Numbered from the stretch's first letter, positions 53,276 to 63,002 are shown. The stretch is 64,000 nt of DNA from Burkholderiales bacterium (GCA_947372225.1 CANBSV010000004.1:830-64829); one strand, 5' to 3'. Program-made: numbers and translations. The notes: generated by a model from the sequence alone, not told the origin.

Positions 53276-54811
53276 ATGAAGCCTTCGCTGCAAGTACGGC
53301 TGTCGCAGCACCTGGCCCTCACGCCTCAGTTGCAGCAGTCGATCCGGCTGCTGCAGTTGTCCACGCTGGAACTGCAACAGGAAGTCGAGCAAATGCTCGA
53401 CCAGAACCCGTTCCTGGAAAGCGAGGTCGAAGGCGCCACCGCTTTCGAGCCGCTGGCAGAACGCTCGTCTGTGGCAGAACGCGTGGCCGAGCGCGACACC
53501 GAGCGGGCCGACACGCCCGCCGAGTCGAGCGCCGAAGGTGGGGACGACGCACCTGGCATGGACAGCGCCGATTTCGGCACCACCGAGCGCGACGACTGGG
53601 AAAACGGCACCGAGCGCGACGATTTCGACGGCATCGGAGAAACGCCGGGCAAAACGGCCGGTAACGCTGAAAGCGACGATTTCGATCCGCAAGAACGCGA
53701 CCATGTCGGAATCAGCCTGCGCGAGCACTTGCGCGCACAGTTGGTCGGCATGCGGCTGTCGCCAGAGGACGCCGCAGCGGTAGAGGTGCTGATCGAGTCG
53801 CTCAACGATGACGGTTACCTGGCCGACAGCCTTGAGGACATCGCCGCATCGCTGGCAGGCGATGATGTACAGCAACTCGAACTAGTGATGGAACGGCTCG
53901 GTTGTGCGCTCAAGTGGCTGCAACACCTTGAGCCGACCGGCGTTGGCGCGCGCGACCTGCCCGAATGCCTGGTGCTGCAGTTGCGCCGCCTGCCACGCAG
54001 CGAAGCTCAGTTGATCGCGATCATGATTTGCAAGCAGCACCTTGAGTTGCTCGCCAAGCGCGACCTCAAGAAGCTGATGGCCGTCACCGGCGCCGACGAC
54101 GAACTGGTCAAGCGCGCACAAACGCTGATCGTGGCGCTGGAGCCCAAGCCGGGCCGACCCTTTTATCCGGCCGAGGCCAACATCGTCGTGCCCGACGTGA
54201 TGGTGCTGAAGTCGGGCCGCAGCTGGAAGGTCGTGCTCAACCCCGACGTGATGCCCAAGTTGCGCATCAACGACCTGTACGCCCAGGCGATCCGCCACGG
54301 GCGGGGGGCCTCGGGAAACAGCAACCAGGCGGGCCTGAGCATGCGCCTGCAAGAGGCGCGCTGGTTCATGAAAAACATCCAGCAGCGCTTTGACACGATC
54401 AAGCGGGTGTCGCAAGCCATCGTCGAACGGCAGAAGAATTTCTTCACCCACGGCGAGATCGCGATGAAGCCGCTGGTGCTGCGCGAGATCGCCGACGAGC
54501 TCGGGCTGCACGAATCGACGATCTCGCGAGTGACGACCGCCAAGTACATGGCCACGGTGTTCGGCACGTTCGAGCTGAAGTACTTCTTCGGCTCGTCGCT
54601 CAACACCGAAGCCGGCGGCAATGCGTCGAGCACCGCGGTGCGCGCGCTCATCAAGCAACTGGTCGCCGCCGAGAACCCGCTCAAACCGCTGTCCGACAAC
54701 CAGCTCAGCAAGATGCTGGAAGAACAGGGCATTCAGGTCGCGCGCCGCACAGTGGCCAAGTACCGCGACGCCTTGAAGATCGCCCCGGCGACGCTGCGCA
54801 AGGACATGTGA
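53276..54811 (+). CDS. rpoN: RNA polymerase sigma-54 factor
   Basis: N-terminal Gln/Leu-rich region (LTPQLQQSIRLLQLSTLELQQEVE), acidic region II, HTH and RpoN box (ARRTVAKYR). Confidence 0.95.
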   Translation: MKPSLQVRLSQHLALTPQLQQSIRLLQLSTLELQQEVEQMLDQNPFLESEVEGATAFEPLAERSSVAERVAERDTERADTPAESSAEGGDDAPGMDSADFGTTERDDWENGTERDDFDGIGETPGKTAGNAESDDFDPQERDHVGISLREHLRAQLVGMRLSPEDAAAVEVLIESLNDDGYLADSLEDIAASLAGDDVQQLELVMERLGCALKWLQHLEPTGVGARDLPECLVLQLRRLPRSEAQLIAIMICKQHLELLAKRDLKKLMAVTGADDELVKRAQTLIVALEPKPGRPFYPAEANIVVPDVMVLKSGRSWKVVLNPDVMPKLRINDLYAQAIRHGRGASGNSNQAGLSMRLQEARWFMKNIQQRFDTIKRVSQAIVERQKNFFTHGEIAMKPLVLREIADELGLHESTISRVTTAKYMATVFGTFELKYFFGSSLNTEAGGNASSTAVRALIKQLVAAENPLKPLSDNQLSKMLEEQGIQVARRTVAKYRDALKIAPATLRKDM

Positions 54812-54867
54812 GCGGCACCAATCGCCGCCCGCCTGCGTCCATTCACCTGCCACCTCCGAAGAGTCGC

Positions 54868-56124
54868 ATGACCGCTCCGTTTTTTTTGCCTTGCGCCGCC
54901 GGCGTTGAAGCCTTGCTGACCACCGAGGTGCAGCGGCTGCTGCCCGCCAGGCAGGTGCACACGCTGCGCGGCGGCGTGGCGCTCGACGGGGATCCGGCCG
55001 ACGTCATGGTGCTCAACCTGGAATTGCGTCTGGCCCAGCGCGTGCTGGTGGAAGTGGCCGAGGGCGCCTACCGCGACGAGCAGTCGCTTTACGAGCTCGC
55101 CGGCAGCGTCGACTGGACACAGTGGATCACGCCGCAGCACACCTTGCGCGTGGACACCACCGCCACCCGCTGCCCGCTGCGCAGCCTGAATTTCGCCGCG
55201 CTGCGCATCAAGGACGCGGTGTGCGATCAGCTGCGAGCAGCCACCGGCGAGCGACCCAGCGTCGACATCCGCGAGCCCGATCTGGCACTGGTGCTGCACC
55301 TCGGCCCCGACCGCGCGGCACTGTACGTGGACACTTCGGGCGAGCCGCTGTTCAAGCGTGGCTGGCGCGAGGACAAGGGCGATGCCCCGCTGAAGGAAAC
55401 GCTGGCGGCCGCGATGCTCGCCGCCGCCGGCTGGCAGGGTCGTCCTGATGCCGGAGGCGCCTTGCACGACCCCTGTTGTGGGTCGGGCACGATCGCCATC
55501 GAGGCTGCGCAGATCGCCTGCGGCATCGCGCCGGGCCTCAAGCGCCGCTTTGCCTTCGAGCGACTGCTGCCGTTTTCGAGCACCGAGATGCGCGCGGCGC
55601 TGCAGCGGCTGCGCAGCCACGCGCAAGCGCGCATCCGCGCCTCGGCAGTGCCGATCTTTGCGAGCGATGTGTCGTTTCGCATGGTCGACTTCGCACGCCG
55701 CAATGCGCAGCGCGCCGGCGTCGAAGCGGCCATCGTGTTCAATGGCGGCGACGCACTGGAGCGTCCCGCGCCGTCTTTGCGCGATGACCTTCCCGGCACC
55801 CTGGTGCTCAATCCACCTTACGGCGAACGCATCGAAGTGGCCGGCAAGGCCGCCCCCGGCGCGGCGCGCCCGCACGGTGACGCCGGCAACCGCGAGCTGC
55901 CCGAAGACTTCTTTGCCCGCCTGAGCGCACACTGGAAGCGCGCCTACACGAACCACCCGGCCGGCTGGACCGCCTACGTGCTCAGCCCCGACATGAAGCT
56001 GCCCGGCGCCATGCGTCTGAAGGAAGCGCGGCGCACGCCGATGTGGAACGGGCCGATCGAATGCCGGCTGTTCCGCTTTGACCTGGTGGCCGGCTCCATG
56101 CGCAGCGACGGCGCGGCGCGCTGA
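54868..56124 (+). CDS. THUMP-domain class I SAM-dependent RNA methyltransferase (RlmL-N-like)
   Basis: Start MTAPFFLPCAAGVEALL. THUMP region, then DPCCGSGTIAIEAA and LNPPYGERI (NPPY). Confidence 0.8.
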   Translation: MTAPFFLPCAAGVEALLTTEVQRLLPARQVHTLRGGVALDGDPADVMVLNLELRLAQRVLVEVAEGAYRDEQSLYELAGSVDWTQWITPQHTLRVDTTATRCPLRSLNFAALRIKDAVCDQLRAATGERPSVDIREPDLALVLHLGPDRAALYVDTSGEPLFKRGWREDKGDAPLKETLAAAMLAAAGWQGRPDAGGALHDPCCGSGTIAIEAAQIACGIAPGLKRRFAFERLLPFSSTEMRAALQRLRSHAQARIRASAVPIFASDVSFRMVDFARRNAQRAGVEAAIVFNGGDALERPAPSLRDDLPGTLVLNPPYGERIEVAGKAAPGAARPHGDAGNRELPEDFFARLSAHWKRAYTNHPAGWTAYVLSPDMKLPGAMRLKEARRTPMWNGPIECRLFRFDLVAGSMRSDGAAR

Positions 56125-56130
56125 AGCGAC

Positions 56131-56892
56131 TCAGCGCACGGCGGCCGGCAGACCCAAAGCCGCCAGCACCGCCAGCGGTGCGGTGTCAGCTCTCAAAACG
56201 CGCGCGCCCAGCGACAGCGGCTCGAAACCGCATTGCAAGACGGCACGCTCTTCGGACTCGGACAAGCCGCCCTCGGGGCCGCTCAAGAACACAAAGTGCT
56301 GGCCGGGCCTGGCCGCTGCGGTGGGCCAGCCACGGCCTTCTCGCAAGCTGAGCACCCGGCGCTGGCAAGCCGCGGCCTCGTCCGAATCGACGCCGGCAGA
56401 CTGCCCGCGCAACCAGTCGGACAGGCTGCGCACCGCCTGCACCGTGGGCACGCGGGTACGGCCGCACTGCTCGCTGGCCGCGGTGGCCACCGCTTGCCAG
56501 TGCGCCACCTTCTTGTCGGCGCGCTCGCCCGCGAGGCGCAGCACCGAGCGTTCGCACACCAGCGGCTGAATGCCCGCAACGCCCAGCTCGGTGGCCTTTT
56601 CGACCAGGCTGTCCATGCGGTCGTTGGCCGGCATGCCCACCGCCAGCGTGACATCGAACCCCAGTTCGCGGCTCACCTTGTGATGCTCGATCAGGCGCAC
56701 GGAAACGTCGGAGCGTCCCATGTGCTCAATGCAGGCGCGCCACTCCCCGCCGTGCCCGTCGAACAGCGTGAGCTCATCCCCGGGCTGCAACCGAAGCACC
56801 TGCACATGGCGCGCGCAGCCGGGTGGCAAGTCGAAGGTGCCGACGGCCGCGAGCGGCGCCAGCGCAGCAGGCACAAAAAAGCGTGGTGCCAT
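56131..56892 (-). CDS. rsmE: 16S rRNA (uracil1498-N3)-methyltransferase RsmE
   Basis: Start MAPRFFVP... at 56892. PUA-like N-domain, and C-terminal LSGPEGGLSESE...LGARVLRADTA. Confidence 0.85.
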   Translation of the reverse strand: MAPRFFVPAALAPLAAVGTFDLPPGCARHVQVLRLQPGDELTLFDGHGGEWRACIEHMGRSDVSVRLIEHHKVSRELGFDVTLAVGMPANDRMDSLVEKATELGVAGIQPLVCERSVLRLAGERADKKVAHWQAVATAASEQCGRTRVPTVQAVRSLSDWLRGQSAGVDSDEAAACQRRVLSLREGRGWPTAAARPGQHFVFLSGPEGGLSESEERAVLQCGFEPLSLGARVLRADTAPLAVLAALGLPAAVR

Positions 56893-56897
56893 CGGCT

Positions 56898-58571
56898 TCA
56901 GTGGTGCTCGCGCAACTCGCGTCGCAAGATCTTGCCCACGTTGGACTTGGGCAGCTCGGTGCGGAATTCGATCTCGCGCGGACGCTTGTAGCCCGCCAGG
57001 TTGGCCTCGCAATGGGCCCGCACTGCGGCCTCTGCGAGTTGCGGGTTGCTGCGCACGATGACCAGCTTCACGCTCTCGCCGGTCTTCGAATCGGGCACGC
57101 CGACCACCGCGCACTCGGCCACGCCCGACAGCTGCGAAACCACTTCCTCCACCTCGTTCGGGTAGACCTTGAAGCCGCTCACGTCGATCATGTCCTTCTT
57201 GCGGTCGATGATCTTGAAGTAGCCGCGCTCGTTGACCGTGCCGATGTCGCCGGTGCGAAAGTACCCGTCAGGAGTCATCACCCGCGCAGTCTCATCAGGT
57301 CGCTGCCAGTAACCGGCCATCACCTGAGGGCCGCGGATGGCAATCTCGCCAGCCACACCCGGCGGCACTTCCTGGCCAGCATCATCGAGCAGCGTCATCT
57401 CTGTGTTGGACACCGGCAGGCCGATGGTGCCCGTGAAGGTGTCGCTGTTGACCGGGTTGCAACTCGCCAGCGGCGAGGTCTCTGACAGGCCGTACCCCTC
57501 GACGATCGGACAACCCGTTTGCTGCAGCCACAGCGCGGCGGTGGCCGACTGGACCGCCGCGCCGCCGCCCACCGAGATGATCAGGTGGCTCCAGTCCACC
57601 CGCGTGCAATCGGGGTGGCCGGCCACCGCCCTGAACAGCGTGTTGACGGCCGGAAAGCTGTGGAAGCGCTCGCGGGCGATGTCCTTGAGCAGCGACTTGA
57701 TGTCACGCGGATTGACGATCAGGATGTTGCACCCGCCCAGCCGCAGGTTGAGCATCATGTTGGTCGTGAAGCCGAACACGTGATACAGCGGCAATGCGCT
57801 CACCGTCATCAGCGGCTCACCGGGCGCCAGCTTCTTCAGCGCCGGTCCGTACCACGCCTCGGACTGCAGGATGTTGGCCACCAGATTGCGGTGCAGCAGC
57901 ACCGCGCCCTTGCTCACGCCAGTGGTGCCGCCGGTGTACTGCAGTACCGCGATGTCATCGCGGCCCACACTCACAGCGCGCAACGTGAGGTGGCGACCGG
58001 CGGACAGCGCCGCGCCGAAGCGCACGGCGCCGGGCAGATCGAACGCCGGCACCATCTTCTTGAGGTGGCGAACTGCGAAGTTCACGATCGCAGCGCGCGG
58101 AAATCCCAGCAGATCGCCCAAGCCCGTCACCACGACCAGGCTCAAGTCGAGCGCGGGCAAGGCGTGCTGCAGCGTGGTCGCGAAGTTCTCGATGACCACG
58201 ATGGCGCGCGCACCCGAGTCCTTGACCTGGTGCTCAAGCTCGCGCGGCGTGTACAGCGGATTGACGTTGACCACCACACAACCGGCACGCAGCGCGCCGG
58301 CCACGGCCACCGGGTACTGCGGCACGTTGGGCATCATCAGCGCGATGCGATCGCCCTTGGCCAGACCGGCGCCTTGCAGGTAAGCCGCAAAGGCACGCGA
58401 CATCTCATCGACTTCGCCAAAGCTGAAGCTGCGGCCCATGTAGCGGTAAGCGCAGCGGTCGCGGAACTTGACGAAACTTTCCTCCATCAAGGTCACGAGC
58501 GACTCGCAAGTCTGAAGGTCGACGTTCTCCGGAACGCCGGTGGGGTACTGCTTGAGCCAGATTTTTTCCAT
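56898..58571 (-). CDS. fadD: Long-chain fatty-acid--CoA ligase
   Basis: Start MEKIWLKQYPTGVPENV. AMP-binding motif YTGGTTGVSKGA, then GYGLSETSP and FRTGD...IIDRKKDMI. The C-terminal end reads KSNVGKILRRELR. Confidence 0.9.
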   Translation of the reverse strand: MEKIWLKQYPTGVPENVDLQTCESLVTLMEESFVKFRDRCAYRYMGRSFSFGEVDEMSRAFAAYLQGAGLAKGDRIALMMPNVPQYPVAVAGALRAGCVVVNVNPLYTPRELEHQVKDSGARAIVVIENFATTLQHALPALDLSLVVVTGLGDLLGFPRAAIVNFAVRHLKKMVPAFDLPGAVRFGAALSAGRHLTLRAVSVGRDDIAVLQYTGGTTGVSKGAVLLHRNLVANILQSEAWYGPALKKLAPGEPLMTVSALPLYHVFGFTTNMMLNLRLGGCNILIVNPRDIKSLLKDIARERFHSFPAVNTLFRAVAGHPDCTRVDWSHLIISVGGGAAVQSATAALWLQQTGCPIVEGYGLSETSPLASCNPVNSDTFTGTIGLPVSNTEMTLLDDAGQEVPPGVAGEIAIRGPQVMAGYWQRPDETARVMTPDGYFRTGDIGTVNERGYFKIIDRKKDMIDVSGFKVYPNEVEEVVSQLSGVAECAVVGVPDSKTGESVKLVIVRSNPQLAEAAVRAHCEANLAGYKRPREIEFRTELPKSNVGKILRRELREHH

Positions 58572-58778
58572 GCGCGACTGCGAAGAGAGGTGCGTCGATT
58601 TTGCGACGCTGGCCGGCAACAACCATCAGGGGATTCGACGAGCAGCCCTTGTGCGAGCCATGACCTGCCAAGCGCCAGGCCCGGCTTGACCAGATCGGGA
58701 CGTGGGGAGTCCGCGTCCAGGCGCGATTCGCGAACGGTCCGGCAAAAAGCCGCAGGCCGCGAACCGGCGCTTTGCGCG

Positions 58779-59240
58779 TCAGCCGGCCCCTGCCGCAGAG
58801 GCGGCGGTCCAGTGCACGCTGAAGGTGAGTTCGTTTTGCTCGGCGTCGCGGCGGTAGGTCAGCGCGTCAGACAACTCGCGCAACATCAGCAGGCCCAGCC
58901 CCCCCGGCTCGGCCTCGTCCAGCGTGAGCGGCCTGGGGCCCAACTGCGCTGCCGTCGCGTCGAAAGGCGAGCCGCCATCTCGCACGGTGACCGAAGCCCG
59001 ATGGATCTGCGCATCGCGGCTGACTTCAAGGCGCAGCGACACAGGTCCCCACAGCGCCTGATCTCCGCCATGGGCGATGACGTTGGCCAGTGCCTCGTTG
59101 AGGCAAAGGTCCAGTCGCAGGATTTGCGGGACCGGCACCCCACGAACATCGCACGACTGCTCCAACCACGCCGAGGCGGGTCGAACGTCGTCGACCACGG
59201 CGCGGATGGCCAATTCGGTGGACGACGGGATGTCAGCCAC
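58779..59240 (-). CDS. Anti-sigma regulatory factor-type Ser kinase (RsbW/SpoIIAB-like HATPase)
   Basis: LCLNEALANVIAHG (N-box-like), VRDGGSPFD and GGLGLLMLRELSD (G-boxes). 153 aa. Confidence 0.75.
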   Translation of the reverse strand: MADIPSSTELAIRAVVDDVRPASAWLEQSCDVRGVPVPQILRLDLCLNEALANVIAHGGDQALWGPVSLRLEVSRDAQIHRASVTVRDGGSPFDATAAQLGPRPLTLDEAEPGGLGLLMLRELSDALTYRRDAEQNELTFSVHWTAASAAGAG

Positions 59241-59255
59241 GTCGGCCCAGCCGCC

Positions 59256-59600
59256 TCAGGCCAGAGCGGCGGCTTCGGCAGACGCGTTGTCGGTGAGGAT
59301 CGGAATCAACGACCCCAACCCGGTGGCTTGCAGTGTTTCGGCAACGGCCACGTTGTCGCCCACCATCAGCACCATGCGTCCACCACGCTGCTGCAAGGCC
59401 TTGGCGTTGACGATGATCGAACGGATGCCGATCGATCCCAGAAAGCTCACACGCGTGAGGTCGACCACGACCCGCAAATTGGTGGCAGCCGACAGCGCCG
59501 CGAACCGCGTCGCGATCTCATCGGTGCCAGGGATGTCGAGCCGCCCCGAGATCTCGATGCGGCGCAAGCCGTCGCTGACTTCATGGAATTCGATGGGCAT
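59256..59600 (-). CDS. STAS-domain anti-sigma-factor antagonist (RsbV/SpoIIAA-like)
   Basis: RIEISGRLD...VVVDLTRVSFLGSIGIRSII. The phosphorylatable Ser context is DLTRVSFLGSIG. Confidence 0.8.
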   Translation of the reverse strand: MPIEFHEVSDGLRRIEISGRLDIPGTDEIATRFAALSAATNLRVVVDLTRVSFLGSIGIRSIIVNAKALQQRGGRMVLMVGDNVAVAETLQATGLGSLIPILTDNASAEAAALA

Positions 59601-59731
59601 GGCGATCCTTGGGTACGGTGAGACTGAGAGGCCGTTTCGCCTTTCGGCGTCGGGGACGCCGGATCTTAGGAGTCACTCCAAGTCAGGAATGTGACAGGCC
59701 GGGATCCGAACCCATGCGGCCCGCCCAGACC

Positions 59732-61168
59732 CTACTCAACGGCTTTGATCATGTCTTCAACGACCTTCTTCGCGTCGCCAAACACCATCATCGTCTTGTC
59801 CATGTAGAACAGTTCGTTATCGAGGCCCGCATACCCCGAGGCCATCGAGCGCTTGTTGACGATGACGGTCTTGGCCTTGTAGGCCTCAAGGATGGGCATG
59901 CCGTAGATCGGGCTGCCCTTGACGTGTGCGGCGGGGTTCACGACATCGTTGGCGCCCAGGATGATGGCCACATCGGCCTGGCCGAATTCGCCATTGATGT
60001 CTTCCATTTCGAAGACCTGGTCGTAGGGCACTTCGGCCTCGGCGAGCAGCACGTTCATGTGGCCTGGCATGCGTCCGGCCACCGGATGGATGGCGTACTT
60101 CACCGTGATGCCCTTGTCGGTGAGCTTGGCGGCGAGTTCCTTGACCGCGTGCTGCGCGCGCGCCACGGCCAGTCCGTAGCCCGGCACGATGACCACGGTC
60201 TCGGCGTTGCCCAGCACGAAAGCCGCGTCCTCGGCACTGCCGCTCTTGACCGGCCGCGCTTCGGCCTTGGCGCCTGCAGGCCCGGCCGCCTCGCCGCCAA
60301 AGCCACCCAGGATCACACTGATGAACGAACGGTTCATCGCCTTGCACATGATGTAGCTCAGGATGGCGCCCGACGACCCCACCAGGCTGCCGGCAATGAT
60401 CAGCATGGCGTTGTTCAGGCTGAAGCCGATGCCCGCGGCCGCCCAGCCGGAATAGCTGTTGAGCATCGACACCACCACCGGCATGTCGGCGCCGCCGATC
60501 GGAATGATGATCAGCACGCCCATCACGAAGGCCAGCGCCAGCATCGCGAAAAACGCGGGCCAGCTGCCGGTGAACATGAACGTGAGCCCCAAGCCCATCA
60601 TCAACGCACCAAGCACTCCGTTGAGAGGGTGCTGGCCGGAAAACTGCACCGGCGTGCCCTGGAACAACCTGAACTTGTAGCGGCCGCTCAGCTTGCCAAA
60701 AGCGATGACCGAGCCGCTGAAGGTGATGGCACCAATGGCAGCCCCCAGGTACAGCTCAAGCCGGTTGCCAGGGGGAATGGGGTCGCCCTTCGCAGCGATG
60801 CCAAACGCATAGGGCTCGGCCACGGCCGCCACCGCGATGAACACCGCGGCCAGGCCGATCATGCTGTGCATGAAAGCCACGAGCTCGGGCATCTTGGTCA
60901 TCTCGACGCGCTTGGCCATCAGCGAGCCGATGGCGCCACCCACCACAAGCGCCACCAGCACATAAGGCAGACCGCCGGCAGCACCCGCGGGTTGGGCATG
61001 GATCAGTTTGGTAATGAGCGCGGCGGTGGTCAGCACGGCGATGGCCATGCCACTCATGCCGAACACATTGCCGCGGATCGAGGTGGTCGGGTGGCTCAGG
61101 CCCTTGAGTGCCTGGATAAAGCACACGCTGGCCACCAGGTACAGCAGGGTGACGAGGTTGAGGCTCAT
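59732..61168 (-). CDS. pntB: NAD(P) transhydrogenase subunit beta
   Basis: N-terminal TM domain and a C-terminal dIII with PGYGLAVA, NVLLAEA and GANDVVNP. Confidence 0.95.
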   Translation of the reverse strand: MSLNLVTLLYLVASVCFIQALKGLSHPTTSIRGNVFGMSGMAIAVLTTAALITKLIHAQPAGAAGGLPYVLVALVVGGAIGSLMAKRVEMTKMPELVAFMHSMIGLAAVFIAVAAVAEPYAFGIAAKGDPIPPGNRLELYLGAAIGAITFSGSVIAFGKLSGRYKFRLFQGTPVQFSGQHPLNGVLGALMMGLGLTFMFTGSWPAFFAMLALAFVMGVLIIIPIGGADMPVVVSMLNSYSGWAAAGIGFSLNNAMLIIAGSLVGSSGAILSYIMCKAMNRSFISVILGGFGGEAAGPAGAKAEARPVKSGSAEDAAFVLGNAETVVIVPGYGLAVARAQHAVKELAAKLTDKGITVKYAIHPVAGRMPGHMNVLLAEAEVPYDQVFEMEDINGEFGQADVAIILGANDVVNPAAHVKGSPIYGMPILEAYKAKTVIVNKRSMASGYAGLDNELFYMDKTMMVFGDAKKVVEDMIKAVE

Positions 61169-61485
61169 TCAGCGCTCCCGGCGGCAGGCGCCTTCTTGTC
61201 TTTCTTCTTGAACATCTCGAGCATGCGGCGCGTGACGAGGAAGCCGCCGAACACGTTCACCGCGGCCAGCGCGACCGCCAGCACGCCCATGGTCTGACCG
61301 AGCGCCGTCTCGGTCAGCGCTGCGGCCAGCATGGCGCCCACGATCACGATGGCCGACACGGCGTTGGTCACCGCCATCAAAGGCGTGTGCAGCGCAGGGG
61401 TGACCGTCCACACCACGTGGTAGCCCACGTAGATGGCCAGCACGAAGATGATCAGGTTGGTCAGGGTGGGCGAAATGATGTCCAT
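61165..61485 (-). CDS. pntAB: NAD(P) transhydrogenase subunit alpha part 2
   Basis: 106-aa protein with three TM helices (VGYHVVWTVTPALHTPLMAVTNAVSAI). ATGA overlap with pntB. Confidence 0.9.
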   Translation of the reverse strand: MDIISPTLTNLIIFVLAIYVGYHVVWTVTPALHTPLMAVTNAVSAIVIVGAMLAAALTETALGQTMGVLAVALAAVNVFGGFLVTRRMLEMFKKKDKKAPAAGSAE

Positions 61486-61509
61486 CCGGCGGTCTCCAGG
61501 TCGATGGGG

Positions 61510-61875
61510 TCAGAACTTGCGAATCTCGGTGATGCGGTTGTGCGCATCGAGCAGCAGCACCTTGGGCTTGTGCCCGGCGACTTCGGCATCGGTCATGGGC
61601 GCGTAGGTGCAGATGATCAGCAGGTCGCCGACTTGTGCCTTGCGCGCGGCAGCGCCGTTGAGCGACACCGTGCCCGAACCCTTCGCCGCCTTGATGATGT
61701 ACGTCGAGAAGCGCTCGCCGTTGTTCACGTTGTAGAGCTCGATGCGCTCGAACTCACGCATGTCGGCTTGCTCCAGCAGGTCGCTGTCGATGCCGCACGA
61801 GCCCTCGTAGTGCAGATCGGCCTCGGTCACCGTGGCACGGTGCAGCTTGGCGCGCAGCATCATGCGTGCACTCAT
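61510..61875 (-). CDS. panD: Aspartate 1-decarboxylase (pyruvoyl-dependent)
   Basis: MLRAKLHRATVTEADLHYEGSCGIDSDLL, with the self-processing G-S site in LHYEGSC. Also NGERFSTY and SLNGAAA. ATGA overlap with the pntAA stop. Confidence 0.95.
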   Translation of the reverse strand: MSARMMLRAKLHRATVTEADLHYEGSCGIDSDLLEQADMREFERIELYNVNNGERFSTYIIKAAKGSGTVSLNGAAARKAQVGDLLIICTYAPMTDAEVAGHKPKVLLLDAHNRITEIRKF

Positions 61876-63002
61876 GTGCGCAACACCTTGGCGTCTTGCG
61901 TCATCAGGCAGGCAGCCACGATGTCGTCGTCCATGGGAACGTGCAGCGCGCCTTCCTTGGTGATCACGAGCTTGAGGAAGTCGAGCACATTGCGGGCATA
62001 CAGCGCAGACGCGTCAGCCGCCACTCGAGCAGGCAGGTTGGTTTCACCCACCAGGGTCACGCCATGCGCCACCACGGTATGGTCGGCACGCGACAAGGTG
62101 CAGTTGCCGCCCAGGCCATCGGCGCCACGGCCGGCGGCGATGTCGACGATCACCGAACCGGGCTTCATCGACTTGACCATGTCCTCGGTGATCAGTGTGG
62201 GCGCCGCGCGCCCCGGGATCAGCGCGGTGGAAATCACCACATCGGCCATCGCCACCCGCTTGGCGACTTCGAATTTTTGCCGCTCCAACCAGCCTGACGG
62301 CATGGGTCGCGCGTAGCCGCCCACGCCCACGGCCGCCTCGCGTTCCTCGTCGGTCTCGAAGGGCACGTCGATGAACTTCGCGCCGAGCGACTCGACCTGC
62401 TCCTTGACGCCGGGGCGCACGTCGCTGGCCTCGATCACCGCACCCAGCCGCTTGGCCGTGGCGATCGCCTGCAGTCCGGCCACGCCCACGCCCAGGATCA
62501 CGACGCGTGCGGCCTTCACCGTGCCGGCAGCGGTCATGAGCATCGGGAAGAAGCGCTGGTACTCGCTGGCCGCGATCATCACGGCCTTGTAGCCGGCGAT
62601 GTTGGCTTGTGAGCTGAGCACGTCCATGCTCTGAGCCCGGGTGGTGCGCGGCGCAGCTTCGAGCGCGAAGGCGGTCACGCCGGCGGCGGCCAGACCTTGC
62701 AGTCCGGCGGCATCGAAGGGATTGAGCATGCCCACCAGCGCAGCGCCGCATTTGAGCAGCGGCAACTCGTGGGCCTGAGGGGCGCGCACCTTGAGCACCA
62801 GGTCGCAGCCGAAGGCGCCGGCCGCATCGGTGATCACGCCACCGGCAGCGACGTATGCCGCGTCGGTCACGCTCGCGGCAACGCCTGCACCTGTCTCAAT
62901 GCGCACCGTGTGCCCCTGAGCCGTGAGCTTCTTGACAGTCTCTGGCGTGACGGCCACGCGCGTCTCGCGCGTGACGGTTTCAAGTGGAACCCCGATCTGC
63001 AT
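61872..63002 (-). CDS. pntAA: NAD(P) transhydrogenase subunit alpha part 1 (dI)
   Basis: Start MQIGVPLETVTRETRVA. Alanine-dehydrogenase-like fold with VVILGVGVAGLQAIATAKRLGA. Confidence 0.95.
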   Translation of the reverse strand: MQIGVPLETVTRETRVAVTPETVKKLTAQGHTVRIETGAGVAASVTDAAYVAAGGVITDAAGAFGCDLVLKVRAPQAHELPLLKCGAALVGMLNPFDAAGLQGLAAAGVTAFALEAAPRTTRAQSMDVLSSQANIAGYKAVMIAASEYQRFFPMLMTAAGTVKAARVVILGVGVAGLQAIATAKRLGAVIEASDVRPGVKEQVESLGAKFIDVPFETDEEREAAVGVGGYARPMPSGWLERQKFEVAKRVAMADVVISTALIPGRAAPTLITEDMVKSMKPGSVIVDIAAGRGADGLGGNCTLSRADHTVVAHGVTLVGETNLPARVAADASALYARNVLDFLKLVITKEGALHVPMDDDIVAACLMTQDAKVLRT

